64,000 nt of DNA from Lytechinus pictus (Eukaryota): NCBI RefSeq assembly GCF_037042905.1, contig NC_087245.1, positions 8,124,001 to 8,188,000 on the forward strand, given 5' to 3'. Positions 1 through 14,300 of the stretch are shown in pieces. How positions within the stretch are numbered: position 1 is the stretch's first letter; every line of letters begins with the position of its first letter. The notes below the pieces were generated by a model that was given only the letters and a program-made list of their open reading frames with translations, was not told where the DNA came from and did not search any database. A program made the position numbers and the translations under genes.

Positions 1-94
1 TCTTCACAGTTACTGTTTCATATTCTCCTACCATCGCAAATTATCTTTGATAATAACTTTAGATCCGTTATTACATCACAATTCGATTATAATA

Positions 95-410
95 ATTGCA
101 TTTATATAGCGCTTTATCAATCTACGACTGCTCAAAGCGCTTCACAATAGAGCCATCTGCACCAGCCCGAGTTTTCAATAATAACTTCAGATCCGTTATT
201 ACATCACATTTTGATTATAATAATTGCATAAAAAGCGCGTTATCAATCTACCCGGTCACTGGATTCATAGCATTTCAAGCAGCCTGTTAGGTGCACATTT
301 GCTTTCGAGAAGGGCTAAGTGTGGACTGACTCCTTGTACGCTGGAATTCGAACACACGACCCTCTGTTTACAATGCGAGAGTCAGAACCGCTACACCACA
401 GCGCTTCCAC
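95..410 (-). mobile_element. tRNA-derived SINE, degenerate
   Basis: The minus strand from ~410 reads GTGGAAGCGCTGTGGTGTAGCGG...GTTCGAATTCC (A and B boxes). The tail is AAAGCGCTATATAAAT-like. About 70 bp is duplicated (50-122 and 178-250). Confidence 0.6.
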
Positions 411-569
411 AAATTATTTGTCCGCATTGTGTTCTTAACTAATAATATTCACAATCACGATTATACAATGTTTCTAAAACAGTTCTTTACATGTTTCTAT
501 GAATACAGATGCTGTTACATCACTACTTATTCTTTTGTATTTTATATCCTGAAATTATAAATACTCAAA

Positions 570-940
570 TTTTCTCTAAGAATGAAAACAAAATTGGATT
601 AACTATTGACATGACTGAGTAAATGTGTAAGATAATCAATGCTGCAACTCATTTTGTTACAATAGAGACATTTTATACACATGTACATGTATGAAGATAT
701 GAAATATTTATGTTATCATGCTTGAAATAAGAAAAAGAAAAGTAGGACATGACATCATCAACCCACCTAATGAATATTCATAACGGCGTGCAAATTAATG
801 TTTTCACAAATATTGTTAAACATTAAAATTCAATTAACTTTTTTATCTGTTATCAGGTTTTGATGAACTTTTCAGAGTTTTGCTCAATGAATTTTACTAT
901 ATTCATTTAGATATAATTATTTTCAGCCCTGAGTGTCCCT
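570..940. mobile_element. Kolobok-type MITE, right-hand part
   Basis: Ends GAGTGTCCCT|TTAA (941-944). Internal motifs (TTTTGATGAACTTTTCAG, ATGAATATTCAT) are shared with the 7324 and 15075 copies. Left boundary uncertain. Confidence 0.55.
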
Positions 941-1693
941 TTAAAAAGGGTGTATTACAAATCCCATCTATTATTTTTTATCATTTTAATGATCGAGATT
1001 CCGATAACAAAATATAACGGATCTTGAAATGATTTTCAAGCACGATAATAAGTTAATTTCAGCACTTATGAATGCGACAGCCTGTGTATGCCCTATTATG
1101 TTAGGTAATATTTTCATATAATATATTACTTTTAGCACTTAATTCGAAATCCAACTTTGGTATTAAAGTGATGTGTATAACAGGAGAAGAATAGGAAAAC
1201 AGAATTAAGAAAAAAACACAACTCTCTCATTAGTTTTTTTTAAATCTTATTTCATTTAAATCAACAATCTGCATTTATTTTTATTAATCTCTCTCCACCC
1301 CCCCCCCCCCCCCCCTCTCTCTCTCTGAAAGCAACTTTCAATTATAGTTAAATCTCCCTGTCATATCGTGTCAGCCATTTGCTTTCCGTAACTTGAAATC
1401 AACATTATGAGTTCATATTGCCAAAATCTGATTGCTTTATATAACAGTAAACAATCATGACTTTGATGTTGCACTGGGACATTTAAGAAAATACATTCTA
1501 CGTTACTGGAAAAACGATACTCTAAATAATTAAAAATAATTTAAATGAATTAATTTCTTGACAACACTTCCATGAAATCGACTAATATGAACTTTATAAC
1601 AGGTATTTGTTAAATAAAAATAATCAATGATCAATGAAGATAATTTCAGCTCCATCTATGACAATCCAATATTAATATATGTTTTGAATTAAA

Positions 1694-3886
1694 TCACAAA
1701 TCTGGTACGAACCAAGGTTTCGGATAGCCAAAGAATTGAAAATCATACTTGTATATTTCCCATAACTTGACCAGATCTTCATGAGAGAGTTGTGAGTAGT
1801 ATTTCTCATAGACACTCCTTTCTGAACTATTCGTTGGTCTACTCGTCTCAGAACCAAGGTATTGTACCTTTCTACCCACTCCCAGTTTATCTAGAAAGTA
1901 TTTCGACTCTTCAGCAACATTCTCAAGGAGGCCGATGAAATCATACTCTACAGTACAGGGCGAACAAATCTTGTACATCTCTGTCCAATGATCACTGAAA
2001 TAGACATCTGACATTTCAAACTTTCTTCGTCTTTGTGTATGGGTAAGGTACTGTAAGAACTCTGACCATGTTGCATTCTCGCCGGTCAACAGCTCGGCCT
2101 GACTGGCGCTTGATCGCCAACGTTTGATCATTTCTCTCCCAAATCGATGGAAATGTCGATTTTTCCGATAATTTTTTAGATTCTCCAGCTTATTTTTAAA
2201 TACAGAGAGGATTCTCTCAAAAGGATGTCTCACAAAGAAGAATTTATTATAGTCTTTGAGGATCCGTGTCCTCTCTTCTTGTCCATACGTTGACAGAAAT
2301 TTAAATTTCCCGTTTATATGAACTTCATCAGATGTTAATCCTTGGACGGAATCTGTTTGATTATCAAGTACCATTAGAATCCTTTTCCAATTGCTGCATC
2401 CAACTTTCGGGATGAAACAATAAACCAGTTCATAATCTTCCACCACAAGCATATGCTTTATGGTGTATTCCGATACCGTGTTTGAGTCCATCTCGGCTAA
2501 TTCGCACTCTTTTTTCAGGTTTGATCGTCGTTCAGATTGCTCACGTTCGATGATCACTTTCGGATCTTCTTTTTCGCTCAAGGAAACATGTCTTCGATTT
2601 GTGTGATACTTGGGAAGTGAACCTGACGAAGAAAGACATTGAGAAACAGTGCGTACAAAAAATTACACTTTGAAATATTCCTATAAAACGATATATTAGT
2701 AATATCCTGAAGTTTCTTCCATATTCATAATATTGTTAAAGGTCTATTTCAGCGAAGACTATCAACACATCTTTCCACATGAGTGAGTACTACTTACTTT
2801 TAAAAAGTTCGTGAGAAATGATTTTCCAAAGCTTGGAAAAATTCATATGGGTAAAAGTAAATATAAATCATGAAGAGCGCATGGACTTTAGCTAAGGAGG
2901 TTGATTGATTGATTGATTCTTTGGCCAAAAAACTCCCTCGAGTGACTCCCCCTCCCTCACTCATCCACATGATATCTCTATATCTGGTTTACGTGTAGCA
3001 GTGATTGAGTTTTCATCTGTTATTCCTTGTCATGCCAAGGAAAAATGTGGAGAAACAAGTATGAAATGAATTATGAAATATAAATCCCCCTTTTGGGCTT
3101 TAGATAACGAGACTTAATAAATAAAACATGCTGGAGATTGCTGATATGAAGTTTTGTTTTCATCGGTTTGTTTAATTTGTATGTCCTCAGATCCAACTGG
3201 CACAAACAGCTTAAAAGTTATGTGTACCTATATAGGCTTAAGTGTTCATTTGGGTAGAATTCTTTAAAAAAATGCAATGTATGTGTTTTATTTACAATTA
3301 TCCTTAATTCCCCTCAAAAGAGATAAATGCACGACACGGTAAGTTTTTTTGGCCGTGACCGTGAAAATTAACATTTTCGCGCAAACCGATTTCTGCGAGC
3401 TTTATAAAAGTGGACATTAAAAACAAAGAATCATCAAAATTATATCAAGAGGCATCCAGCCTCCTGCCACTGGTACGCTAGTGCATAGAGCTTAAAGCAT
3501 TTTGCATTTTCAATTCATTAATGAATGACAGATGAAAAGCTGAAAAACAAACATCATATCGTAAACTTTGGAAATAGAAATAAACGAAATAAAAATGAAA
3601 ACGGGCCCTCGTCTTCCTTTTATATAAGAATAATTTCTCCATGCAATTTTTTTCCCCAAACCATACCCAATGTTCAGTGATGTTTTACCAAAGAGAGGGC
3701 CCCCATGAGTACACGCCCCCGTATTTAAGTGACTACAATATACCCCAGTGCTCAAACGGATGAGGAATGATCCGACTTACCTCTCCCTTCTGTAATTGAA
3801 GCGACGTAGAAACCCATCTCCCATGCCACGATCATCACCATGGCGACCATACACAAAGCACACCATCTCAGCATGTATCTCTTCAT
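1694..3886 (-). CDS. Golgi carbohydrate sulfotransferase (Sulfotransfer_2 / CHST11-C4ST-like), 2 coding exons, ~344 aa
   Basis: Exon 3886-3781 encodes MKRYMLRWCALCMVAMVMIVAWEMGFYVASITEGR (type II membrane anchor) and ends at a GTAAGT donor, phase 1. Exon 2622-1694 follows a ttcttcgtcAG acceptor and joins in frame. PAPS-binding motifs YCFIPKVGCSNWKR (5'-PSB) and FVRHPFERILSVFKNK (3'-PB) are present, with C-terminal YKYDFQFFGY. Exact CHST orthology cannot be resolved by eye. Confidence 0.92.
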
Positions 3887-6800
3887 TGACAAAGAGTCAA
3901 AATCATCCAGACTAGTTCTGTTACAATGAAGGAGATCAGACAGACATGGAGAAAGGGCGGAAAATATGAGATGGGGAGATCAGACAGAGACACAAGAGAT
4001 GCAAAAAAGGAGATGGAAGAGGAGGAGAGAAATGGAGAGAGAAAAATAAAGGCATGACATAGAAAATCAAAATGAAATAGTCGAATGTAGTCCGATTTAA
4101 TCCAAAACTGAAACCGTTTAGGCTTATACATCGTGTTGATATGGCGTACGTACCGTGGGTCACGGTATGGGGAGCAGGAACAAAAACATTGAGTTACTTA
4201 TTGAGCGCGCGAAGCGCGCTCACTAGCCAGGTACACTGACCTACAAAGAGACATTTTCAGGATCGATCGAGAATATGGTTCTTATCAAATAATGCAAGCG
4301 CGAGGGGCGAGCCGAAAACTTTTGATATTCAGACCTGAATACAGTACAATCTAATAATTAGCTTTTGTAATCATGCCACTTATCTCACTAAATAAGCAAT
4401 GTTACACACTGCCTTGTCAAGTATTCAGGTCTGAAATAAGTGTTCTGTTTAAATTAATAACAGTCTTTAATTTAATCGCTATATAAACGTTATTATTGTT
4501 TTTTCTGTCCTTGTTGTTGCTGCTGCTGCTCCTTATGTTTTGGTTGTTGTCGAACATAAAGATTAAAGGGCTCCCCAACCATGCCAACCATTACCCTAAA
4601 ATAGTGAAATAAATTACTAGTAGATAGTGTTAATGACAGGGTGACGTTTTATCAGAACAAAGCGACCTGGCGCAATTTCATTAAGCTATTGTAAGTATAG
4701 AGAGACTTTAAGAATAATTGGTTGTCATTTCTTGTGGTAAATGATGTATTCACCATTAATGTTCATTGGTGATTTAACACGCCGGTAAGAATGGTGCAGT
4801 CGTTCTTAACTTAGGAACAGCATTATGAGACCCCCCCCCCCATTTGGTGTATAAAAAAAAAAATCAAATTTCGTCAGCCTGAATTACCCCCCCCCCCCTC
4901 CCCCCCTCTTCCCCTCTTCTCTCTGTCACATTCTCTTCATATTGAATGTATCACTACTCATTAGGACTCAGCTTAAAACTCATCTTTTCCCTACATATAC
5001 TCACATCTTGTGGATTCTTCAAATGGGTAAAAGACAACCGAGTCATAATTTTCGGCATGATCAGATGATATCACATGATGATGATGTTCTACGGCATCAT
5101 GTTCGGGTATGTCCATTATCAATCGCAATTAAAGTAGACAACTGAGTATGAACAGCAACTTTACGGTCATTTATAGCTCTCTTAAGATGCAATCCAAGCA
5201 CGGTTTTTCAATTTTGGGTCATCACGGTGAGGAGAAAACTAGGAACAAAACTGTACATAGGTTTTGCATACCATCTGCTCAAAGGCATCGTTCACAAGCT
5301 TCACATAGGTAAGCCTTTTTGACGAACGATTATGCTGGCATGACTCTTCGCAGTGAATGTATAGTAATGGTGGACGAAATATTGATTATTTTCAGGAGAC
5401 GAGAGTTTTTTTTTATTGTCCTGAACGATTAATATGTCTCACAAAGGTTCTTGGGCCCACGAAAAATAATCATTCAATGCATACGGACTATTATTATTAA
5501 GAAGGTTTTTTTAATGTGCATGCTTAAGTTATTCATTTATTTTTTGACATCATAAGAGCTATAAGTTAAAAGGGGGACACCATAGTATACGGAGTTCTAA
5601 ATGGACCTCCACTCATCATCATTCGATCAGGACTCAGGGTACCATTAACAAGTATTTTGTCATGTTTCCCCTTCCCTTAACAATGCCTTCAATTATTACT
5701 TTCATTTCAATAGTATAGGGTTGAATATTGACTGAGCATGTTGTCTACCTTTAATTGCATTGACATTAAATACCTTGCCCCCCCCCCCCCCTTTCCCGAT
5801 TATATCCCTTCGATGACAAGGGCTTTCCACCCTTCTCCTAATGTCTGCTATTTTCCCCGATATTCTCGTATTATAACGTATTTATTTTCCTAATACTCAG
5901 CTCGTGGATGAAAATTGTAACTACACAGAATGTTATTGAACAACACTCCAAAACATACACCATAGAATAGTTTAAAAAAGGTATATTTGATATATAACAG
6001 GATTTATGATAAATGGTAAATATTTCGAAAATAATGCACCTGATCCAAACTTAACCCCTCGCTATTTTTGCCTCATCATGATGTGTGTATTGGTACACAT
6101 GAAGGTCTGATTGTGAACTTTGACTGAATGGCTTCATTTCTTTCCGACTATTTCGACTAGAGGTGTTATTTTTAAAACAATTACAGAAACACGATAACAA
6201 TTTCTTCGGTTGTATAATATTTGTCATAATATTATATTCATAATTCTTCGTGTTCTATAAAAATGTCTGAGATAAAATAGTTAAATTGGAGTAACATGAC
6301 CCCTATAAAATATTCACATTTTAATGCCCTTAAAAATGGTGACATGGGAAAGTAAAAATCCGATGCCGTTCCCATTGCCACTCATTCTAAACACACACCT
6401 AAAACGGGTTTTAAAAAATCATACTTACTTGGAATTCATCGCGGGCTCTTCTCTGATCCTTTGCCCCTCTCCGTCATTCATTCATTTTGAAAAAAAAATA
6501 TTTGTAACACGCTTTCTATATCAAGTAAGAAGCCAGCGTTACTTTACACAATTCAATCATCTGACATGACGTTATATTTTCTGTTTCAACAGATGGACCT
6601 ATATAGAGCCTGCATAAAGTGCCTGTAGATGCTTCTCTTATGCCAAATCTTTTATGAGTACATCCTAATTCATACTGTTTTAAGTGTTGACATTTTAAAG
6701 TCAGACCGTTTAAACAGATCAGTGTTTGCGTTGCTCACGACATATTCGGGAATCAAATAGCATGTTTGACTTTGCCTTCGATGGGGCTATATATATTTAG

Positions 6801-8484
6801 TATTGAGATAATGAGTCCCTTTGGAATTCGATCATTGGTGATTTTGCTTTCCTACTGAAAGCGATGATATGTGTGTTTATCTATCTTGTTAACAGTCTCG
6901 GTTTTATCAAATTATGGCCGTGTGTGCATCATTTTGGAAACGTAAATATGGAAAATCTGAAAAAATATATTTTTTTGGTACATAATCTAGCAGCAGCTTA
7001 GACAAGAGGGGGATGGGGAAGAAATGTTCAGTTCAGTTCAGTTTATTTTTCATATCTCATAAAATATCAAATACAATGTAACGTCAATCGAAAGACAGTA
7101 AATCATTAATAATAAAATAATACAATACATCAAAATTATTCATAATAAATAAGACAAATGTTATACAATTGAACGTTCAGATTGGAGACAGATATATCAG
7201 TAAGATGAGGATATGAAAGGCAAACTATTAAAAAGCAGAGCTTGTAATTCATAGTTTCCCTATTAAAATTATAAGTAATTGTCAACTGTTGCAAGAAAGG
7301 CATATATTAGAAATCTATTTTAAAGGGGTACTCGAGCGTGTCGGAGCTGAATATAATTATATCTTAAATCCAGCAAAACGCTGAAAATTTCATCAAAATC
7401 TGATAACAAATAACGAGGTTAATTATTGAATTTTAAACTTAAGTAGTATTTTGTGAAAACAGTTACATGCACGCCGTCATGAATATTCATTATGTCATTT
7501 CCCCACTTTTCGTTTTCCTGCGTTTTTACATTAATTCACAACTCTTTCATTTTTCATAAATGCATAGGCGGATCCAGGAGGCCCGCCCCCCCCCCCCCTA
7601 TTGGCGGAGCAAAAAAGCGAAAAGGGGGGAATGAAAAGGAGGGAAAAGAGGGGAGGAAAAAAGGAGGAAAAAAGTGAGGAAGAAAAGAGGAGGAAAACGA
7701 GTGAATAAAATAAGGTGAGGGAAAGACTTTCATATCAATATATGAAATTTTCACTCGCGCTTCGTGCTCGCATTGCATGTTCGATGAAATACATATCTTG
7801 CTCAGTAGGCTGATATGGAGCTTAAAATATCAAGTTTTGAAGCCATTATTATACAAAACATATTTCAGCTCAGACATCGAACTGTATTATTTTGCATGAT
7901 TTACAAATTGATTTTGAAAAAGTGCTCTTTAAAAATGTTCGTTTTATTGTCTGAGAATCAAAATTTTCAGCTCGCACTGCGCACTCGCATTATTTGATTC
8001 GACGAGTACCTATTATATTATTTTCTTCGTGTATTGCATAAAGTTTTCAAAATATCCCTTTTCATGTTTGATTTTCAAAACCATGGTCCAAACCTATCAG
8101 CTAGCCCTGCGCGCACGCATCTTGCTTGGTGAGTAATGTATACCTCGAGATTTATAGTAATTCTTTAACAAACTTCTTAAAAATCCCCTTTTCATGACAA
8201 TTATCAAAAACTTCGGCTAGCGATTTGCCCTCGCATTAATTGTTGAAAATATATTAACCCACGAATCCTATTCATAATTGCAAGTGTCTATATATAGTTT
8301 TCAGGCATTAATGTCAACAAATTTTGTGCGCTCATTGACTTATTAGATTAATAAATAAGATAATATTAAATTTTCATGAATTCCTAATTATCAAATTGTC
8401 CCATTTTTCAGAAAGGATTATCGATAAGTTTTATCTCGCACCTATAGGAAGATAGTCATCATTCTCATATGATGACAAATTGCC

Positions 8485-10042
8485 CAGCGGCGTAACAGGG
8501 GTCGGTGGCCAGGGGGGGCAAGAGCCAAACAACTCCCTGTCATATCATAATATGAACAGGCGTAATGGTATAATAAGGCGACGATTTTGAGAGGGTCAGA
8601 TATTGCGTATCAGGCAGATTTTATCTTTAAAAAAAAAGTTGCGAGCGAGCGAAGCGAGCGAGCAAAATATTTGACATTTTTAATACGAAAATCCAATTTT
8701 GTGTTAGATTTTGACGTGATATCCAGAGAATAATATATCACTCTTCGCTCTTTCCATTCATTTTTTGTGGTCTGTACGCCACTGTGAACAGGAATATTTG
8801 CGGCAATAGTGCATGAGAAAGAGTAAAAAAAAAAAACGAGGGGCGCAGTATAGCGCATGTGCTAAAAAGCTGCTTAATATAAGTTCCGAGCGAGCGAAGC
8901 GAGCGAGAAAAAAAATCCCCATTTCATGAGAATCTAACTTTGAGATAATTTTTTAGTTTATGTTCAGTAAATAAAATCATATCCTACACTTTACCTTTGC
9001 TTTTTTTTTCTTGGTTGTAGAAGTTTTGGGGACCATGACCCAACCCTATACGGCAGTGTTATGCGGTTGGGGTTCGGGGCGGAGCCCCCGGAACTTTTTG
9101 ATATCACAGCCATTCAAACCTCGCAGATTGCCGCTATTTTAAATCAAATCGCAGGTATATACAGAATATAGCTTTTACACAACACTCTTCTTCAACCCAG
9201 TTGAACCAAATATTTTGAGGGGGCAAAACAGAGCAATGTGGAAAAATTGTAAAAAGTCGCCAGCGAGCAAAGCGAGCTGGAAAAGAAATGCCTGATGAAA
9301 TTGAATTCTGTGATAGATTTTTCCATTATATTCAGTGAATAACACATTTCATTGTTTCCATTTATTTCAGTATACGTTGTCTCCTATAATTTCTTTTATT
9401 TCCTCTTGGGTGTGGAACCAAGACCCCTCCCCCCGCGCCTGTACGCCAGTGATTAAACGTAAAGCTTAATGTATGAAGGGTCCCTACAGGGGGCGTTATA
9501 GAGCCATTTGAAAATTATAGATGAAGAACCCCTACAGCGTGGGGTCTGGGGCAAAGCCTTATTTGCATAAAATTTAGCAAGCTTATAGCACAAATTTGTA
9601 TGCAGTCCATCTTTCTTCCCGCTCTTTATTTTCAATCCTCGGCAGCCCGGTCGTGTTATTTTTTTTTCTTGTCCCTTTTCTTTGTTTTCCAATTTAGTTT
9701 TTGACAAATTCCATTCTACCTTTATTTCCCGCTATTGTTTGCCTTTTTGTCATCTTTTAATTTATTTCCCATCATGCAATTGCATTACATAGGCCTATTT
9801 CGGAATGATTTGTTCTTTCTCAAATGTTCTTTTTCGTTCCTTTTCCCGCTTTCCTTCCTTTTTCATTATTTTTTTTGCTTCGTTTTCTTTTCTTTTTCCC
9901 CTTTTCCTTTCCTCCTTTCCCCTTTCCTTTCCCTTTCTTTCTCCCTCCTTGTTCTTTTTTCCCGTTTTTTTTTTATTTTCCCGGTGAAATCCGCCAGGGG
10001 GGGCAGTTTGCCCCCCCTGCCCCCCCGCCTGTTACGCCACTG
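8485..10042. mobile_element. hAT-type non-autonomous element
   Basis: TIR CAGYGGCGTAACAGG; 8-bp TSD AAATTGCC (8477-8484 / 10043-10050). Confidence 0.85.
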
Positions 10043-10267
10043 AAATTGCCTTGGAATGTCAGAATAGTGTCCATTTTTTTAGGTCTAAATCTCAATTTTT
10101 TCCGCTCTCGCTTCGCGCTCGCATTGTTTAGTTAAATATAATTATCCTAGTCATGATTGCAATAAAATGCTTAGAATGTCATTTTTAGGTCAGATGTGTC
10201 AAAAAAATTCAGCTTGCGCTTCGCGCTCGCATTATTTGATTATTGAAATATGTATCGTCGTATTATA

Positions 10268-11693
10268 CAGCGCGCATCAATAAAAACGGGACAGTTTTGA
10301 AGTCTATCAAAATCTTGTTTGAAATTATAATGTCTATTTTATTATGTTTATAGATGCTCTTAAGTCTTTATCTTTAAAATGCCATTAGAAAAACAAGTTT
10401 TGTTCATGCTTGAGCGAACACGAAACGTTATTGTCAGGGGTTCCAAAAACAGGCTTGCGCCAAATGGCAGAAAATAAGAATATATTGATGATCAGTCTTT
10501 TAGCTAATCAGCAGCCTCCTCTTAACATTTTTGTTATCTTTGCCATGATTTTTTAATTATGCTGTCAAAATTAATTTACAAATCTACATGCATTGATTTA
10601 CTTGAGCTAGGGAAGGAATACATTTTTTTTTTCATAGGGGCTATTTTTACCATATTGGGGCGATGGCTGAATTTTGGGGGTATTTCTTTAATTTCAAGGC
10701 CTGGGTATTTTTTTCCCAATGAGTAATTATGCTCTGAAAGCATATCTCATTATTCTGATGTATGTAGAATATTTATTTTCTTAATTTTCTTGAATATTGA
10801 TGGGGCAGATATTGCGGCAACTTTAGAAAAGATGGTCGCCCGAAAGCATTCAATTTTTTGATATTTTATGGCGATTTCGGCTGTCATGAGGAAGAAAACA
10901 CCCGTCGCTCTCATGTTTTCCCTACACTGACCAGAATTGTTTTGTGTTTTCATTTCAATAGATTATCTTTTAGCATTGAATATTCCTTCATTAGTAAGAA
11001 AAAAACTTTATTGTCATCCCAAGCTAGGAGATTTGAATTGTTAATGGGGAGAGCTCGCGGATTACAAAAAATTCATTTTATTATGTGCAACAAAGATTAT
11101 GATGCCTTTGAAAGACATGAATGCTTTTGTCAAGGGGACATTGATTCCTTGAACAAGTTAGATTGTGAGCTTGAAAGGACAATATTAATCAACAAGAAAG
11201 GATCCATGTTTTTCAAAGGCACTATAACCTTTGTAGCACAAAAATTAAATGATTTTAGTAAATTACAGCTCTCCCATTAACAAAGCAAATCCCCTTATCT
11301 GGGTTAACAATTTTATAAAGGAATGTTCAATATTAAAAGATATCATATTTAAAAAATAATAATTCAAGTAAATCAAGTTTTGTAAATGAATTTTGACAGA
11401 ATAATTAAAAAATTATGACAAATATAATGAAAAGGTTAAGAGGCGTCTGCTGATTATCAAGAAGTCTGATGATTGATATTTTCTCATTTTCTGCCATTTT
11501 GGCGCAAGACTTTTTTGAACCCCTGACAAAAACGTTTCGTGTTCGCTCAAGCATGAACGAAACTTATTTTTCTAATGGAATTTGAAAGATAAGACTTAAG
11601 AGCATCTATTAACATCAAAATAGAGACATTATGATTTCAAACAAAATTTTGACAGACTTTTCAAAACTGTCTCGTTTTTATTGATACGCACTT
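10268..11693. mobile_element. Tc1/mariner-type MITE with long (~340 bp) TIRs
   Basis: TA|CAGCGCGCATCAATAAAAACGGGACAG ... CTGTCTCGTTTTTATTGATACGCACTT|TA. The arms stay complementary from 10268 to ~10610 and from ~11360 to 11693. Confidence 0.8.
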
Positions 11694-14300
11694 TATAGTT
11701 ACATACGAATCTTGTTCAGGATCACAAACATTGCCCAGAATGTTCCATTTTCAGGACAAAATACACGAAATTTCCAAAAAAATTAGCTCGCGCTTCGCGT
11801 TCGCACTATTTATGATAGGGCTTATTGGATTATTATATATGTATGATGTTTTATAAGAATATGGCCAAGAAGTGACTTTTATAGAACTAACCCTTCAAAA
11901 CAAACAAAATCAACTTTGAGCAGCCGATCGGGGAAAACATGGGTGAAAATGCCCCCCCCCCCCTATTGGCGAAAGCTGGATCCGCCCCTGTAAATGTGTG
12001 TATCATGCTTTCCTTGTAACAAGAAGTTGCAGCAATGAATTTCTTATGCATTAAAGAATCCATTTTTTTTTCATTCTAGGAAAAACTTGAATAAGTATAG
12101 TTTTATATTATAAAATACAAAATAATAAGTGAGATATGATAATTTTAGCTTTCCCCATCGCATATTCACGAAGACACGTAAAGAACTGTTTCACCGAAAT
12201 AATGCAAAGCTTTAAAATGTTATGACTTTGTTATTCCTTGTCCGATTATGCTGAAATTTTCAGTTTTTTGTTTGTCTGATTTTACTTTATCTGTTCAAAT
12301 CATATTATTTTCAAAATTGGGTACCCTTTTAGGTAAATTGACAAATAATGCATGCATCAATTTAATAAAAAAAATATATACTTGCCAACACTGACTATTG
12401 AAAGGGCGGTAGACTCGAGGGGGCGGTGCGACGGTATGGCAGGGAAATGGTAAATGCCGGGCTAGGCCGTCCGATTTATTTTCCTACAGTTTTTCCCCCT
12501 GACAAGTGTATGTGCGCATGGCCACTATCCATCTCCTGGATATGTATTTACCAACCAATGAACTTTTGTGCACTCCAGCAAATGCATGAGCTGGCGGAGG
12601 AGGCGCAGAACCTGGGGTAGGCTCCAGGCTTCTTTTTTTTTCTTTTTGAATTTATAATCACCTTGAAATTCAATTTCGTTTAAGTGATTTCGACTTATTT
12701 TGAGCGCAAGCCAAATACATAGAAAGTGACATATATTAAAATCATGAGGCGATCGAAGGACTTAATATCCAATAAGTGATATATGACAAATAAGCCAAAT
12801 AAGGCAAAAACAGCCAAAGAAAAATCATAGGCCTAATGATGGTTCCCAGCTATTGTGGGCTCATCCGCCAAAGGAAATAATACATTCTAGGAAGGAAAAT
12901 ATCACAATGATTTGTAGGCTTTATATATATTCCATTTTGTATGAGATATCTTTATGTAGCATTGATAGATACATGTCTGTCACGATTCAAGAAAACCTAC
13001 TTGTGTTTTGTTCAGTCTCGCCACTATTTTTATCGAACAGTGATACATTTTTCATAATAAGTTCTTTCCTAAATTGGGATTCAAACTCATAACCTTGCCA
13101 TTGTAAGCGCATGGATTATCCCATTGTATTGCATTAATTATATTATACAATTCCGATTAAACAATGAGTTCAATTTTGACTAAATTATTAAAAGAAATAT
13201 TTTCTTTGTAACAATTTATAGAAAAGATGAAACATTTCTCTGTATTCAGACATGATATATAAGACAATCCATCCCAAAACCAACAATAAAGTAAGTCACC
13301 AGAGAAGGTTCTCTGGAGATAACCAAAATAGTAATTTGGTGTTAAAAAAGGCAAAAATAAGAAAATTAGCTTGTCTGAAACAGTAATTCGTCATCTTTAT
13401 ACTGTCAACAATTTTAAAACTAAATAATTTTCTTTTTAATCATTTTGTGTGGCTTTTGTTGGTTTTGGAGGGGCTGGTCACATATATTCTTTCATTCAGG
13501 TCTGAATTTCAAACAACCCTTTAAAAGTCCACAAAAATGTGAACAAAGTAGTCCTGTATTTTGTGATTAACTCAAAATCAAATAATTATTTTCTCCAGAA
13601 GAGAACTGTGGAGGCAGTTTGAGGCAGTATGCCTCCTTGTAATGCATTATCTGATATCTTTACACTGATTTGTAAAAACATGATAATATATCAAGAAAAG
13701 GAAAGTGATATATCAAGCTGTACTTCACACAGAATTACCTAAAATGGATTGAGCTCCTTTTGGAATGACACTGCTTATAAGGTGGATATTTGATTTTAAA
13801 AAGAAAGAAATTATTTCATACAGTCGATAGAAGGCACTCCAGCACAATCAAGCAACAAATCATACAATCAAAATAATGAAGCAATAGAAAAAAGATTTAC
13901 GGTTTATTATTTAGAGATCAGTATATTTTTCATTAATTTTTCTGTTATTTTTACAACAAACTTTTCTTCATAATGAACTTCCCCTTAAAGTCTCAGGCAT
14001 CTTTTGAGATCATAATTGAGAAGCCTGGGTGCTTGTTAGGTAATTATGCAACATTTTGTAAGTGCACGTCATACCCAAAATTGATCCAAAATGTAATTGT
14101 GTACAAAAATATACATGTAGCATCATCAACAACTTGCTCTCGAGTGATTGACTGATAAAATATCAAGATTTGTTTTAGAGATCTGATTTCAACTAAAATA
14201 TCTTTTTCCCTTAACTGTCATCAATGTATTTTAAAACATGATTGAAAAAAATTAAAAAGAATAAAACAATATTGATGTAATATATATATAGTACAACTAA

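Larger units (their letters stand above)
7563..11990. mobile_element. Non-autonomous TIR element (CAKRGGCGGATCCAG termini, 6-bp TSD)
   Basis: CATAGGCGGATCCAG ... CTGGATCCGCCCCTG with TSD TAAATG (7557-7562 / 11991-11996). Many GCTCGCGCTTCGCGCTCGC internal motifs. A second copy starts at 30136. Superfamily uncertain (hAT-like). Confidence 0.8.
7324..12329. mobile_element. Kolobok-type MITE split by nested insertions
   Basis: Left end TTAA|AGGGGTACTC; degenerate right end GGGTACCCTTTT near 12329. The halves 7324-7562 and 11991-12329 rejoin across a TAAATG duplication. Confidence 0.65.

Noticed and set aside
9735..10135. Phe/Ser-rich and Lys-rich ORFs (also 7492-7778, 30029-30328, 60057-60560)
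   Set aside because: Low-complexity pyrimidine/purine tracts inside repeats.
10858..11280. 140-aa ORF in the middle of the mariner-type MITE
   Set aside because: No HTH or DDE motif recognisable; AT-rich internal sequence.
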